Under the pieces are notes generated by a model. That model saw nothing but the letters and a program-made list of their open reading frames with translations, had not been told where the DNA came from and searched no databases. From NCBI GenBank assembly GCA_027340655.1, contig DAHWQR010000003.1, forward strand, positions 1-58,310: DNA of 58,310 bases. The letters are read 5' to 3'. Every line of letters starts with the position of its first letter. Positions within the stretch are counted from its first letter, which is position 1. This DNA is from Candidatus Saccharimonadota bacterium. GTDB lineage: Bacteria > Patescibacteriota > Saccharimonadia > Saccharimonadales > UBA4665. Shown piece after piece: positions 17,114-24,879 of the stretch. The position numbers and the translations under genes are program-made.

Positions 17114-17899
17114 ATGAGCAGGGTCAAATTAGTGGTGGCTAATTGGAAAATGTACTTGAGCGTACATGAGTCAAGTCTGCTTGTAAACCGCTTGAATAAG
17201 ACCGTAAAAGTCCATCGTGGCGTTGAAGTAGTCCTATCTCCCAGCTATCTCAGTTTACAGCCCATAAGCCAGGAAATTGACCGTCGAAAGTTCCGCCTGG
17301 CGGCTCAGGACGGTTACTTTATAGACGAAGGGGCCTACACCGGAGCGGTTTCTTTAAGTCAGATGCGCGATCTCGTGCATTATGCAATTATTGGTCATTC
17401 CGAACGCCGGCGTTACTTTCATGAGAGCTTAGATGAAGTACGGGACAAGGTTGCCGCTGCGGTACGTAACGGCATCGTGCCAATCCTTTGTGTTGGCGAG
17501 ACCAAAGAAGAACGCACCCAAAGAGAGACAAAGCAAGTACTCCACGACCAAGTGGTTACAGCGCTTGCGAATCTTACCAGCCAAGATGTAGAGAATATTG
17601 TGATTGCCTACGAACCGGTCTGGGCGATCGGCGCCGACCAACCGGCACCTCCAGATGCCATCGCTGAGGCGATTAGTTGGATCCGCTTCCAGGTACGAGA
17701 ACTTTACGGACAAACTACTGAAGAGGCGGTGCGTCTTTTGTACGGCGGCAGCGATGAGCCGGAATACGTCGCGGCAATCATGGAAGTTAGCGGAGTTGAC
17801 GGCTTGCTAGTTGGCCGCGCCAGCCTAAATTATGAACGCTTCAGTGATATCGTTACAGGTGTTCATCTGGCGGCGTTAAGCGAATCTAAGGCAGAGTAA
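17114..17899 (+). CDS. tpiA: Triosephosphate isomerase
   Basis: Motifs VVANWKMY, IIGHSERR, ILCVGE, IAYEPVWAIG, LYGGS and LLVGRASL. Confidence 0.95.
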   Translation: MSRVKLVVANWKMYLSVHESSLLVNRLNKTVKVHRGVEVVLSPSYLSLQPISQEIDRRKFRLAAQDGYFIDEGAYTGAVSLSQMRDLVHYAIIGHSERRRYFHESLDEVRDKVAAAVRNGIVPILCVGETKEERTQRETKQVLHDQVVTALANLTSQDVENIVIAYEPVWAIGADQPAPPDAIAEAISWIRFQVRELYGQTTEEAVRLLYGGSDEPEYVAAIMEVSGVDGLLVGRASLNYERFSDIVTGVHLAALSESKAE

Positions 17900-17924
17900 G
17901 ACTAAGGTCAGAGGGAAATTTTCG

Positions 17925-18623
17925 GTGGCAGAAACTAAAAAGAGTAAAACAATCGATGTAGTCTCAGGCAGTTCCGAGCCTGAAACTAATCGCCCGATAA
18001 TTGTTAGCCGCAAGCCAATTATGTCCGATCCGGAGTTCGTTGCCCAAGCCGGCGAGGACGAGTCCATGCCCAAAGAGGAAGAAGATAATGTCAATCGAAA
18101 CAACTTTATTAAGTTTGATTCTTCTAAAGATAAAGCTGAAGCTAAACCAAAGGCCGAGCTAAAAATAGAACCATTAACTGAGAATAATTTAGACTCACCT
18201 AAAAACGAACCCCAAGCTGAGCCGGCAAGTGAGCCGGAAGCAAAGACTGAAGCCAACGAACCCCAAGCTGAGCCGGCAAGTGAGCCGGAGCCAAAGCCTG
18301 AGGTAACTGAGCCCAAGACAGATAGCGAAAGTCAGTCAGCGCCACCAGAGGCCCAATCTGAGGCTGCCAAAATGCGCCGCCAGTTACAGCAAGAAGAAGA
18401 AAGTCGCGAGCGCATCGAAAAAATTAACCAGCTGGTCGAAAGTGAACGTTACTTCCTGCCAATCAACATGAAGGAAAAGCGCTACAACCAACGAGTTATC
18501 TTAATTGGGTTGCTAATTTGCATTTTACTGGCTGTAGTTTGGCTGGATGTGGCGTTAGATGCCGGAATAATTAATAACAGTTTGCACCTGCCGCATACGC
18601 ACTTCTTTGTTCTTAAGTCCTAA
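17925..18623 (+). CDS. Acidic repeat protein with a C-terminal TM anchor (hypothetical)
   Basis: It has a GTG start, a Pro/Glu-rich tandem repeat (NEPQAEPASEPE twice), a coiled-coil segment and then the TM helix VILIGLLICILLAVVWLDVAL. It is co-directional with its neighbours. Confidence 0.5.
   Translation: MAETKKSKTIDVVSGSSEPETNRPIIVSRKPIMSDPEFVAQAGEDESMPKEEEDNVNRNNFIKFDSSKDKAEAKPKAELKIEPLTENNLDSPKNEPQAEPASEPEAKTEANEPQAEPASEPEPKPEVTEPKTDSESQSAPPEAQSEAAKMRRQLQQEEESRERIEKINQLVESERYFLPINMKEKRYNQRVILIGLLICILLAVVWLDVALDAGIINNSLHLPHTHFFVLKS
18204..18289 (+). repeat. Tandem direct repeat with an exact 35-nt core and 51-nt period
   Basis: aacgaaccccaagctgagccggcaagtgagccgga occurs at 18204-18238 and again at 18255-18289. 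Each 51-nt period (17 aa) begins with the 12-aa unit NEPQAEPASEPE; the remaining 5 residues differ between the two copies (AKTEA versus PKPEV). Confidence 0.9.
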
Positions 18624-18641
18624 ACACCTTACAATTAAGAT

Positions 18642-20804
18642 ATGAATCAAGACTTGACTGAGCCATTTGCTGAATTACTGCGCGGATTAAACGACGAGCA
18701 AAAAAGAGCCGTTTTAAGCACCGAAGGGCCGCTCCTTATTCAGGCCGGTGCCGGTAGCGGCAAAACCAAAACTTTAACTCACCGCATTGCTTATCTGCTG
18801 GCTAGCGCTAAAGCCACGCCACCGGAAATTTTGGCGGTAACATTTACTAATAAGGCGGCGCAAGAAATGCGCAACCGGGTGGCAGCCTTGATCGGTGCGG
18901 ACGCCTCCAACCGTTCATTTATGCCATTTATGGGCACCTTTCACTCAATCTGCGTGCGCATCCTAAGGGTTGATGCAGACCGCATTAATTTGCCTAAATC
19001 ATTCGTTATTTTCGATGAGGGTGATCGCTTGGCGGCTATTAGAAGGGTCAGCCGGGAACTCTCTTTGGATGAGAAAGCCTTCCCGCCCAAAGCGCTTTCC
19101 GGTCTAATCTCATCTGCTAAAAACGAGCTTATTGCTCCGGAAGAGTATTCAGCGCTAGCTAGTTACCCAACGGCTGCGGCAGCGGCCAAAGTCTACCCGC
19201 TTTACGAGCGGGAACTAAAAACAGCCGGTGGTCTGGACTTTGACGACCTAATTGTCCAGACGGTACGTTTATTAGAAAGCCAGCCGGAAGTGAGAGCCCG
19301 GTGGCAGAACCAATTTCGTTACGTCCTGGTCGATGAGTACCAGGACACCAACGCCGCTCAATACCGTCTAACTAAACTGTTAACTAACGATAAACACAAT
19401 TTGGCGGTTATCGGCGACGACTGGCAGACAGTCTACGGGTTTAGGGGTGCTGACTTCCGGAATATCTTAAACTTCGAACGCGATTACCCGGAATGTACGG
19501 TTATTAAGCTGGAAGAAAACTACCGTTCTACTAGCAATATCTTAAATGCCGGCCAGGCGATCATAACCAAGATCTCCGAGCGCAGCGATAAAAAGCTTTG
19601 GACCGCGGCCGGGGATGGTTTGCCGGTACAAGTGCTTCATGTAAGGGATGAACGCGCTGAAGCCGAGGCAATCTGCCTAAGGATTGCGACTGCGGTTTCT
19701 GCCGGAAGGCGTAATTACCGGGATTATGCCGTTTTGTACCGCACAAACGCTCAAAGCCGGGCCATTGAGGAGGGTTTCATTCGTTTTGGTTTGCCATACA
19801 AAGTGGTTGGCGGTGTGCGCTTTTATGATCGAAAAGAGATTAAGGACATCATTGCTTACCTTCGTTTAATCTTTCAGCCTGATGACAACATCAGCTTTGA
19901 GCGGATTGTAAATGTGCCGTCCAGGGGTATCGGGGCGATTAGCTTAAAGCGGTTTTTGACATGGCGGACGTCAACCGCCAAGCCCTTAGTTGAAGCTCTG
20001 GGGCAAAGCGCGGACTGTCCTAAACTAAGTCCTAAGGCGGTGGCCGGGCTCAGAGATCTCGGGGATATTCTGCTTAGTTTTCAAAAGCAAGCTCAGCAAG
20101 CCAGCCCTTACGAGCTAATCGAAGCCCTCACCCGTCGATTGAACTATTTAGAGTCCTTAGATGATGGTACGCCCCAAGGGGAAGCCCGGCAGGAGAACGT
20201 CAAAGAATTACTCAGCGTTGCCCGGCAATACCAAGATTTGCAACTGGCGGATTTCCTCGAAGAAGTCAGTCTAATAAGTGACATCGACAGCGTCGATTTA
20301 AATAGCGACGCCGTTACTTTAATGACCTTGCATTCTGCAAAGGGACTGGAGTTTAACGTAGTGTTTATGGCCGGAATGGAAGAAAGCCTTTTCCCTCATT
20401 CCAGATCAATTTACGATCAAAAGGGAATGGAAGAAGAGCGACGCCTGGCTTACGTAGGCATCACCCGGGCCCGCCAAGAACTCTATCTAATTTCTGTTGG
20501 CTCACGCATGCTATTCGGTAGCGTACAACATAACCCGCCAAGTCGTTTTTTAAATGAAATTGATGCGGTGGTTTCTTCCGATTGGTCGACCCCTCCGGCT
20601 AATGAAACGCTACTTAATCAACAAGCTGCAATTGCTAATGAGCCGCGTTACGTAATTGAGCTAAATGAAGGAGACAACGTCAGGCACCAGCTTTTTGGTG
20701 TCGGCACGGTTCTTGAAATTGACGGCGACGTGGCTACCATTTTCTTTAAAGGTAAGGGGACGCGCAAGTTAGATGTCGGTTTTGCCCCTTTAGAAAAGCT
20801 TTAG
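18642..20804 (+). CDS. pcrA: ATP-dependent DNA helicase, UvrD/PcrA family
   Basis: Motifs GAGSGKTKTLTHRIAYLL (Walker A), VLVDEYQDTN, YRSTSNIL, TLHSAKGLEFNVVF and YVGITRA. Confidence 0.9.
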   Translation: MNQDLTEPFAELLRGLNDEQKRAVLSTEGPLLIQAGAGSGKTKTLTHRIAYLLASAKATPPEILAVTFTNKAAQEMRNRVAALIGADASNRSFMPFMGTFHSICVRILRVDADRINLPKSFVIFDEGDRLAAIRRVSRELSLDEKAFPPKALSGLISSAKNELIAPEEYSALASYPTAAAAAKVYPLYERELKTAGGLDFDDLIVQTVRLLESQPEVRARWQNQFRYVLVDEYQDTNAAQYRLTKLLTNDKHNLAVIGDDWQTVYGFRGADFRNILNFERDYPECTVIKLEENYRSTSNILNAGQAIITKISERSDKKLWTAAGDGLPVQVLHVRDERAEAEAICLRIATAVSAGRRNYRDYAVLYRTNAQSRAIEEGFIRFGLPYKVVGGVRFYDRKEIKDIIAYLRLIFQPDDNISFERIVNVPSRGIGAISLKRFLTWRTSTAKPLVEALGQSADCPKLSPKAVAGLRDLGDILLSFQKQAQQASPYELIEALTRRLNYLESLDDGTPQGEARQENVKELLSVARQYQDLQLADFLEEVSLISDIDSVDLNSDAVTLMTLHSAKGLEFNVVFMAGMEESLFPHSRSIYDQKGMEEERRLAYVGITRARQELYLISVGSRMLFGSVQHNPPSRFLNEIDAVVSSDWSTPPANETLLNQQAAIANEPRYVIELNEGDNVRHQLFGVGTVLEIDGDVATIFFKGKGTRKLDVGFAPLEKL

Positions 20805-20819
20805 ACTGATGTCTTCTGG

Positions 20820-20825
20820 TACAAT
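20820..20825 (+). promoter_or_regulatory. Extended -10 element (TGgTACAAT) upstream of the DUF348/G5 gene
   Basis: Sequence tcTGGTACAATaaac lies 77 nt upstream of the ATG at 20902. Confidence 0.3.
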
Positions 20826-20901
20826 AAACAGAAGTTGCGGGTTAAGACTAGGGCGTGCCAAATTATGAAGATTAGCTCATTGTTGCTTCTCGCACCCGAT
20901 C

Positions 20902-22176
20902 ATGCGTAAAAGGTATAATCTGTACAAACGGCGCTTTAAGCGAGCCCATAAGCGCCACGTTAAAGCCGCAAAAAAGGTCAGCCGGCATCCTTTTGCTGTT
21001 CCGGTGTTTGTTTTTGCCGGGCTGTTAATCATATTCACTCTCGGCTACCTTATTTTTAAACCAGACCAGGCCAGCAACAGCCAACCGGGGCCAAAACTGG
21101 TTATTATTAACCACGATCATGTTGAGCAGATAGTGCCGTCAATAGAGCCGACCGTCGGCAAGCTGCTCGATAAGCTGGACATTAAACTTAACCCCGGCGA
21201 TGTTGTCGAGCCGAGCCTGGCTACCCCGATTAACCAGTATGACTTCCGAATTAATATCTACCGCGCGGTACCAGTTGAAATAACCGAGAAGGGGCACAAT
21301 AGCTTCACTTTCTCAGCGGCCGCTACTCCTAGAGCGATTGCCGAGCAGGCGGGTTATAAATTGAACCCGGCAGACATCGTAACCACCGTTCCGACCTCCA
21401 ATTTTATTTCTCAGGGCGCGATTGGCGAGCAGGTAGTTATTAATCCGGCTACCCCGGTAGACCTTAATTTGTATGGTTCGCCGGTTGTTCTATACACCCA
21501 TGCCGCAACGGTTGCCGACCTAATAAAGCTCGAAAATATTCATTTGGTAAAAAATGATCAGGTGCTACCAAGTTTAGACACGCCAATTACTCCAAACCTA
21601 GAGGTTTTCCTGATCCGTAACGGCGAGAAACTGGCTTCTGTGACCCAGGGCATACCGATGCCGGTGGATACCGTATATGACAATTCCCTAGCCTACGGAA
21701 CCAGCGCAATTCAACAGAACGGTTCAGCCGGACAAGAGGTTATAACTTACCAGGAGAATACCCAAAACGGCATAGTAGTTAGTCAAACCCCGATTCAAAC
21801 TGTCGTAACGGTACCTGCAGTGACCGAAATTGTCCTTGTCGGTATTAACTTATCCGGTATTAAGGGCGACATGGCCTATGCCGGAATTGCTCCGGGCGAT
21901 TACCCTTATGCCGACTATATAATCAGCCATGAATCAGGCTGGTGCCCGACTAAGGCTCAAGGTGAAACTTATTGTCCTGGCGTACCAGATAATCCGATGA
22001 CTCCATACGGCTACGGTCTTTGCCAAGCTACTCCTGGATACAAGATGGCTTCAGCGGGTAGTGACTGGGAAACTGATCCAATCACTCAACTGCGCTGGTG
22101 TAACGGCTATGCGGTCAGTAAATACGGCAGTTGGTACAATGCCTATCAGCACTGGATCAACTATAGTTGGTGGTAG
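20902..22176 (+). CDS. DUF348-repeat/G5-domain cell-wall protein with a small Cys- and Trp-rich C-terminal domain (putative muralytic)
   Basis: A basic N-terminus and TM anchor are followed by three DUF348-like repeats (for example VGKLLDKLDIKLNPGDVVEPSLATPI). A G5-like segment follows (AIQQNGSAGQEVITYQENTQNG...VTEIVLVG). The C-terminus is ISHESGWCPTKA...YGLCQATPGYKMASAGSDWETDPITQLRWCNGYAVSKYGSWYNAYQHW. Confidence 0.7.
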   Translation: MRKRYNLYKRRFKRAHKRHVKAAKKVSRHPFAVPVFVFAGLLIIFTLGYLIFKPDQASNSQPGPKLVIINHDHVEQIVPSIEPTVGKLLDKLDIKLNPGDVVEPSLATPINQYDFRINIYRAVPVEITEKGHNSFTFSAAATPRAIAEQAGYKLNPADIVTTVPTSNFISQGAIGEQVVINPATPVDLNLYGSPVVLYTHAATVADLIKLENIHLVKNDQVLPSLDTPITPNLEVFLIRNGEKLASVTQGIPMPVDTVYDNSLAYGTSAIQQNGSAGQEVITYQENTQNGIVVSQTPIQTVVTVPAVTEIVLVGINLSGIKGDMAYAGIAPGDYPYADYIISHESGWCPTKAQGETYCPGVPDNPMTPYGYGLCQATPGYKMASAGSDWETDPITQLRWCNGYAVSKYGSWYNAYQHWINYSWW

Positions 22177-22187
22177 AAAGTGGAAGC

Positions 22188-22985
22188 ATGGCTGACTTAG
22201 ATATTGAAGCAAATAAAGACCTTGGGCAGCACTGGCTGATTGACCCGGATTCCCTAGAAGCAATTTGCGAACTGGCGAGACCCGGCCCCAGTGACTATAT
22301 CCTCGAAATTGGTCCGGGTACCGGCAATCTGACCGACATTCTTCTTAGTAAGGGCGCGCATCTAATCGCCGTTGAAATAGACAAGGGGCTGTTAGCGGGG
22401 CTTGCCAGGCGCTTTAATAATCGACCTGGCTTTGAACTTATTAATGCGGATATTCGTTCTTACGATTTAGGGCAGTTACCAAAGGGCTACAAAGTAGTTG
22501 CCAATATACCCTACTACCTAACCGGCTATCTTATACGGCAGTTAAGCGAATCTGCTAATCCGCCATCCTTATGTGTCCTTTTGGTGCAAAAAGAAGTAGC
22601 CGAGCGATTAGGCGCCCAGCCGGGTAAGCTATCCTTGCTTGGTGTAACCGCTCAGACCTACTGGAGCGTTACACTCGGGCCGGTTATCAAGGCGAGTTTA
22701 TTTAATCCGCCGCCCAAAGTTGACTCGCAAGTAGTAGTTTTAAAGAGGCGTTCTAAAGATTCTCAAATCCCAGCCAATCTAAACCGCCAGTTTTTTCGGG
22801 TTGTCGGCTCCGGGTTCAGTCAACGCCGTAAAACAATTGCCAACTCTCTTAGTGCAGGTCTTAAAATTAGTAAATCGACAACCGAAGACTATTTAAGGCA
22901 AGCGCACATTGATCCTAAACGTCGTCCACAAGAATTGAGCCTAGAAGAATGGACTAAACTAGCCGAAGCATTTCCCGAGGCATAA
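22188..22985 (+). CDS. rsmA: 16S rRNA (adenine1518/1519-N6)-dimethyltransferase
   Basis: Motifs LGQHWL, EIGPGTGNLT and VANIPYY. The ATG at 22188 is preferred over the ORF-track TTG at 22167. Confidence 0.9.
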   Translation: MADLDIEANKDLGQHWLIDPDSLEAICELARPGPSDYILEIGPGTGNLTDILLSKGAHLIAVEIDKGLLAGLARRFNNRPGFELINADIRSYDLGQLPKGYKVVANIPYYLTGYLIRQLSESANPPSLCVLLVQKEVAERLGAQPGKLSLLGVTAQTYWSVTLGPVIKASLFNPPPKVDSQVVVLKRRSKDSQIPANLNRQFFRVVGSGFSQRRKTIANSLSAGLKISKSTTEDYLRQAHIDPKRRPQELSLEEWTKLAEAFPEA

Positions 22986-22995
22986 TCTTAAAAAG

Positions 22996-23004
22996 TGGTA
23001 TAAT
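22996..23004 (+). promoter_or_regulatory. Extended -10 promoter (TGgTATAAT) for the tmRNA gene
   Basis: Sequence aaaagTGGTATAATatagc lies 54 nt upstream of the mature tmRNA 5' end. A perfect 9-bp hairpin (23013-23040) sits in the predicted leader. Confidence 0.4.
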
Positions 23005-23057
23005 ATAGCTGTGCTAACAGAGGTTTAGTTTTCTGTTAGCAAGCAACAAATTCGCGT

Positions 23058-23445
23058 GGGGCTGAATTTAGCTCGACGTCGGCTTTACAGGATAGATCGG
23101 CAGGCCGCTTGTCAGCGTTATAGACAAACCAATCTAAATGCAAACGCATTGAAATCTGTAGCACTGGCTGCAAAGAACTTGTTTCTAGCACCAGTACGCG
23201 CACCTGCTTTAGCTTAAACCTAAAGCGGCGCCTGACTTGACGCCGGATAGAGGCATGGCGCTTCATATTTTCCGGATGCGGCGACCAATTCGTTCGCGTC
23301 GGTCGCTAAAGTCATAGCGGACTATAGCAGCGGAAGTTTGACTGTTTAAATACCCGTTGCCAAAATTTTTAAAACAGCCTACGCCTGTAGAAGACTAACC
23401 ATAGTAAACCGACGGACCCGGTTGCAATAACCGGCAGCTCCACCA
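23058..23445 (+). ncRNA. ssrA: tmRNA (transfer-messenger RNA)
   Basis: The 5' end GGGGCUGAAUUUAGCUCGACG parallels the conserved tmRNA start GGGGCUGAUU..UUCGACG. The 3' end is ...CCGGU-UGCAAUA-ACCGG-CAGCUCC-ACCA. The acceptor stem GGGGCUG/CAGCUCC carries the alanine-identity G3:U pair and a T-arm is present. An internal open frame at 23140-23214 (ANALKSVALAAKNLFLAPVRAPALA) is followed by UAA and ends in the typical ...ALA. Confidence 0.8.
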
Positions 23446-23452
23446 AAGAACT

Positions 23453-23482
23453 AATGACCCCATTCGTTGAGGTCATTTTTAT
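23453..23482 (+). terminator. Rho-independent terminator after ssrA
   Basis: The stem atgacc (23454-23459) pairs with ggtcat (23471-23476) and is followed by tttttatt. Confidence 0.5.
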
Positions 23483-23574
23483 TGCTTTTAAAACCTGTCC
23501 TAGTAAGTCTCTCGGACCTGTATTAGAACATAAGTAATTTCATTGCGCAATTTTTTGTATATAATGTGGATAGG

Positions 23575-24273
23575 ATGAGTGAAATGGGGCCCCGGTCTGA
23601 GTCATATCCCGATCCCGAGCAGTTTGTGCCCGCGGTTAATTACGCATATCTAGAATATTTACTTGAGAAAGCTAAGCAAAGAGAAGAAAAACTTCAAGGC
23701 CAACTCGAATGGCTGGGTCGTGACGAGCTTACTGGTTTAATAGCAGATAAAATAATCCGTAACGAGCTGGATACCCGTGTAGAAAAAGCAGACAGAATAG
23801 GCGATCAATTTGTTCTAATAATCGGTGACGTAGACAATATGAAAGCTGCGAACACTGAATTTGGACACCACTACGGTGGGGACGCCTTACTAAAAGCTGT
23901 CGGCAGATCCTGCCGTAAAGGCGACCTTATAGGACGTGCGGGAGGAGACGAGCTTTGGTGGATAGCCGACTTAAAACCGCGTAAAGAATATCATCCCCAC
24001 CGTCCGCTGCATGTGCGTAGAGATTCACTTGAAGATGTCGCTGCTAAATTGGCGGCAGTCTTTGAAAAACGAGCCAACAGCGAAATTAAAAAGCTTGGTT
24101 TGGACGTGCCGGTTGGTTTCTCTGCAGGATTCGCACTCTATCGCCCGGAGGATAGCTCTGGAACGATGATCGATCGGGCTAGCAAAGCAATGCTGGCGCG
24201 CAAAACGGAAAACAAAGAGAAGCGCTTGAGTATGGACAAGCACCCGGCTAATTACCGTACTGATCAGAAATAG
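23575..24273 (+). CDS. Stand-alone GGDEF-domain protein (GGDEL variant, I-site present), putative diguanylate cyclase
   Basis: IIGDVDNMKAANTEFGHHYGGDALLKAVGRSC-RKGD-LIGRA-GGDELWW matches the GGDEF-domain core (DxDxFKxxNDxxGHxxGDxxL...RxxD-x5-GGDEF). The N-terminal ~60 aa form only a coiled coil. The ORF-track GTG at 23566 abuts a TATAAT at 23560-23565, so the ATG at 23575 is preferred. Confidence 0.8.
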   Translation: MSEMGPRSESYPDPEQFVPAVNYAYLEYLLEKAKQREEKLQGQLEWLGRDELTGLIADKIIRNELDTRVEKADRIGDQFVLIIGDVDNMKAANTEFGHHYGGDALLKAVGRSCRKGDLIGRAGGDELWWIADLKPRKEYHPHRPLHVRRDSLEDVAAKLAAVFEKRANSEIKKLGLDVPVGFSAGFALYRPEDSSGTMIDRASKAMLARKTENKEKRLSMDKHPANYRTDQK

Positions 24274-24335
24274 TTCGGGCTGAAGAAGCGTGCAGATTAA
24301 GATAGCTAATATATAATAGGGCGTAAAGTAATTAA

Positions 24336-24412
24336 GGGGCTATAGCTCAGCTGGCTAGAGCGCAGCATTCACATTGCTGAGGCCCATGGTTCGAGTCCAT
24401 GTAGCCCCACCA
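24336..24412 (+). tRNA. tRNA-Val (anticodon CAC), CCA encoded
   Basis: Folded by hand. Acceptor GGGGCTA/TAGCCCC, D-stem GCTC/GAGC, anticodon stem CAGCA/TGCTG with loop TT-CAC-AT, T-stem CATGG/CCATG with loop TTCGAGT, discriminator A, then CCA. Confidence 0.95.
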
Positions 24413-24441
24413 GTGCTAATCCGAGAGGGGATTGAATAAAA

Positions 24442-24879
24442 ATGATGTCTCAAGACGATTGTCCGTTTTGCAATATTAATGATCGTGTATTGAAGAGTAA
24501 CCGCTTGGCCCAGGCTTTTTTAAGTAACCCGCGCAAGGTTCCCGGGCATTTTTTAGTGACTCCCAAGCGCCACTTAGAGAAGCCATGGGAGCTGACTAAG
24601 GACGAACTTCAGGATATTTTTGAGCTAATCTTCTTTATTGAGGAAAAGCTGGTTAGTAAGCTTGGTCAGGGCGCAGATATCCGCCAGAACTACCGACCAT
24701 TTCTTGACCCCGGACGGCTTAAACAAAACCATGTTCATTTCCATGTTTATCCCAGATACAACCAGGATTATCTTTACCAGGTATCGGAAAAGTTTGAAAC
24801 CGATCTGTTTACCGATTTAGACCCGAGCGAGCAAGCCGAATTTGCGAAATTGCTGAAGAGTGATGAAGCCAATAACTAG
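24442..24879 (+). CDS. HIT-family nucleotide hydrolase/transferase
   Basis: The histidine triad is NHVHFHVYPR and the N-terminal motif is CPFC. Confidence 0.85.
   Translation: MMSQDDCPFCNINDRVLKSNRLAQAFLSNPRKVPGHFLVTPKRHLEKPWELTKDELQDIFELIFFIEEKLVSKLGQGADIRQNYRPFLDPGRLKQNHVHFHVYPRYNQDYLYQVSEKFETDLFTDLDPSEQAEFAKLLKSDEANN

Noticed and set aside
17876-18316. 146-aa minus-strand ORF (GSLAGSAWGS repeats) overlapping the acidic repeat protein
   Set aside because: It is the mirror image of the PE-rich repeat. The + strand frame is longer, co-directional with all neighbours, and has a coherent coiled-coil plus TM architecture. This remains open until conservation is checked.
20865-20909. 14-codon upstream ORF (MKISSLLLLAPDHA) overlapping the start of the DUF348/G5 gene
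   Set aside because: It is too short to support from sequence alone. It has no SD and no attenuator-like structure that I could see. It is mentioned only as a possible leader peptide.
23036-23266. 76-aa minus-strand ORF in the rsmA-GGDEF gap
   Set aside because: It lies entirely antisense within the tmRNA gene (23058-23445), and the tmRNA has much stronger structural support. The ORF has no SD or recognisable motif.
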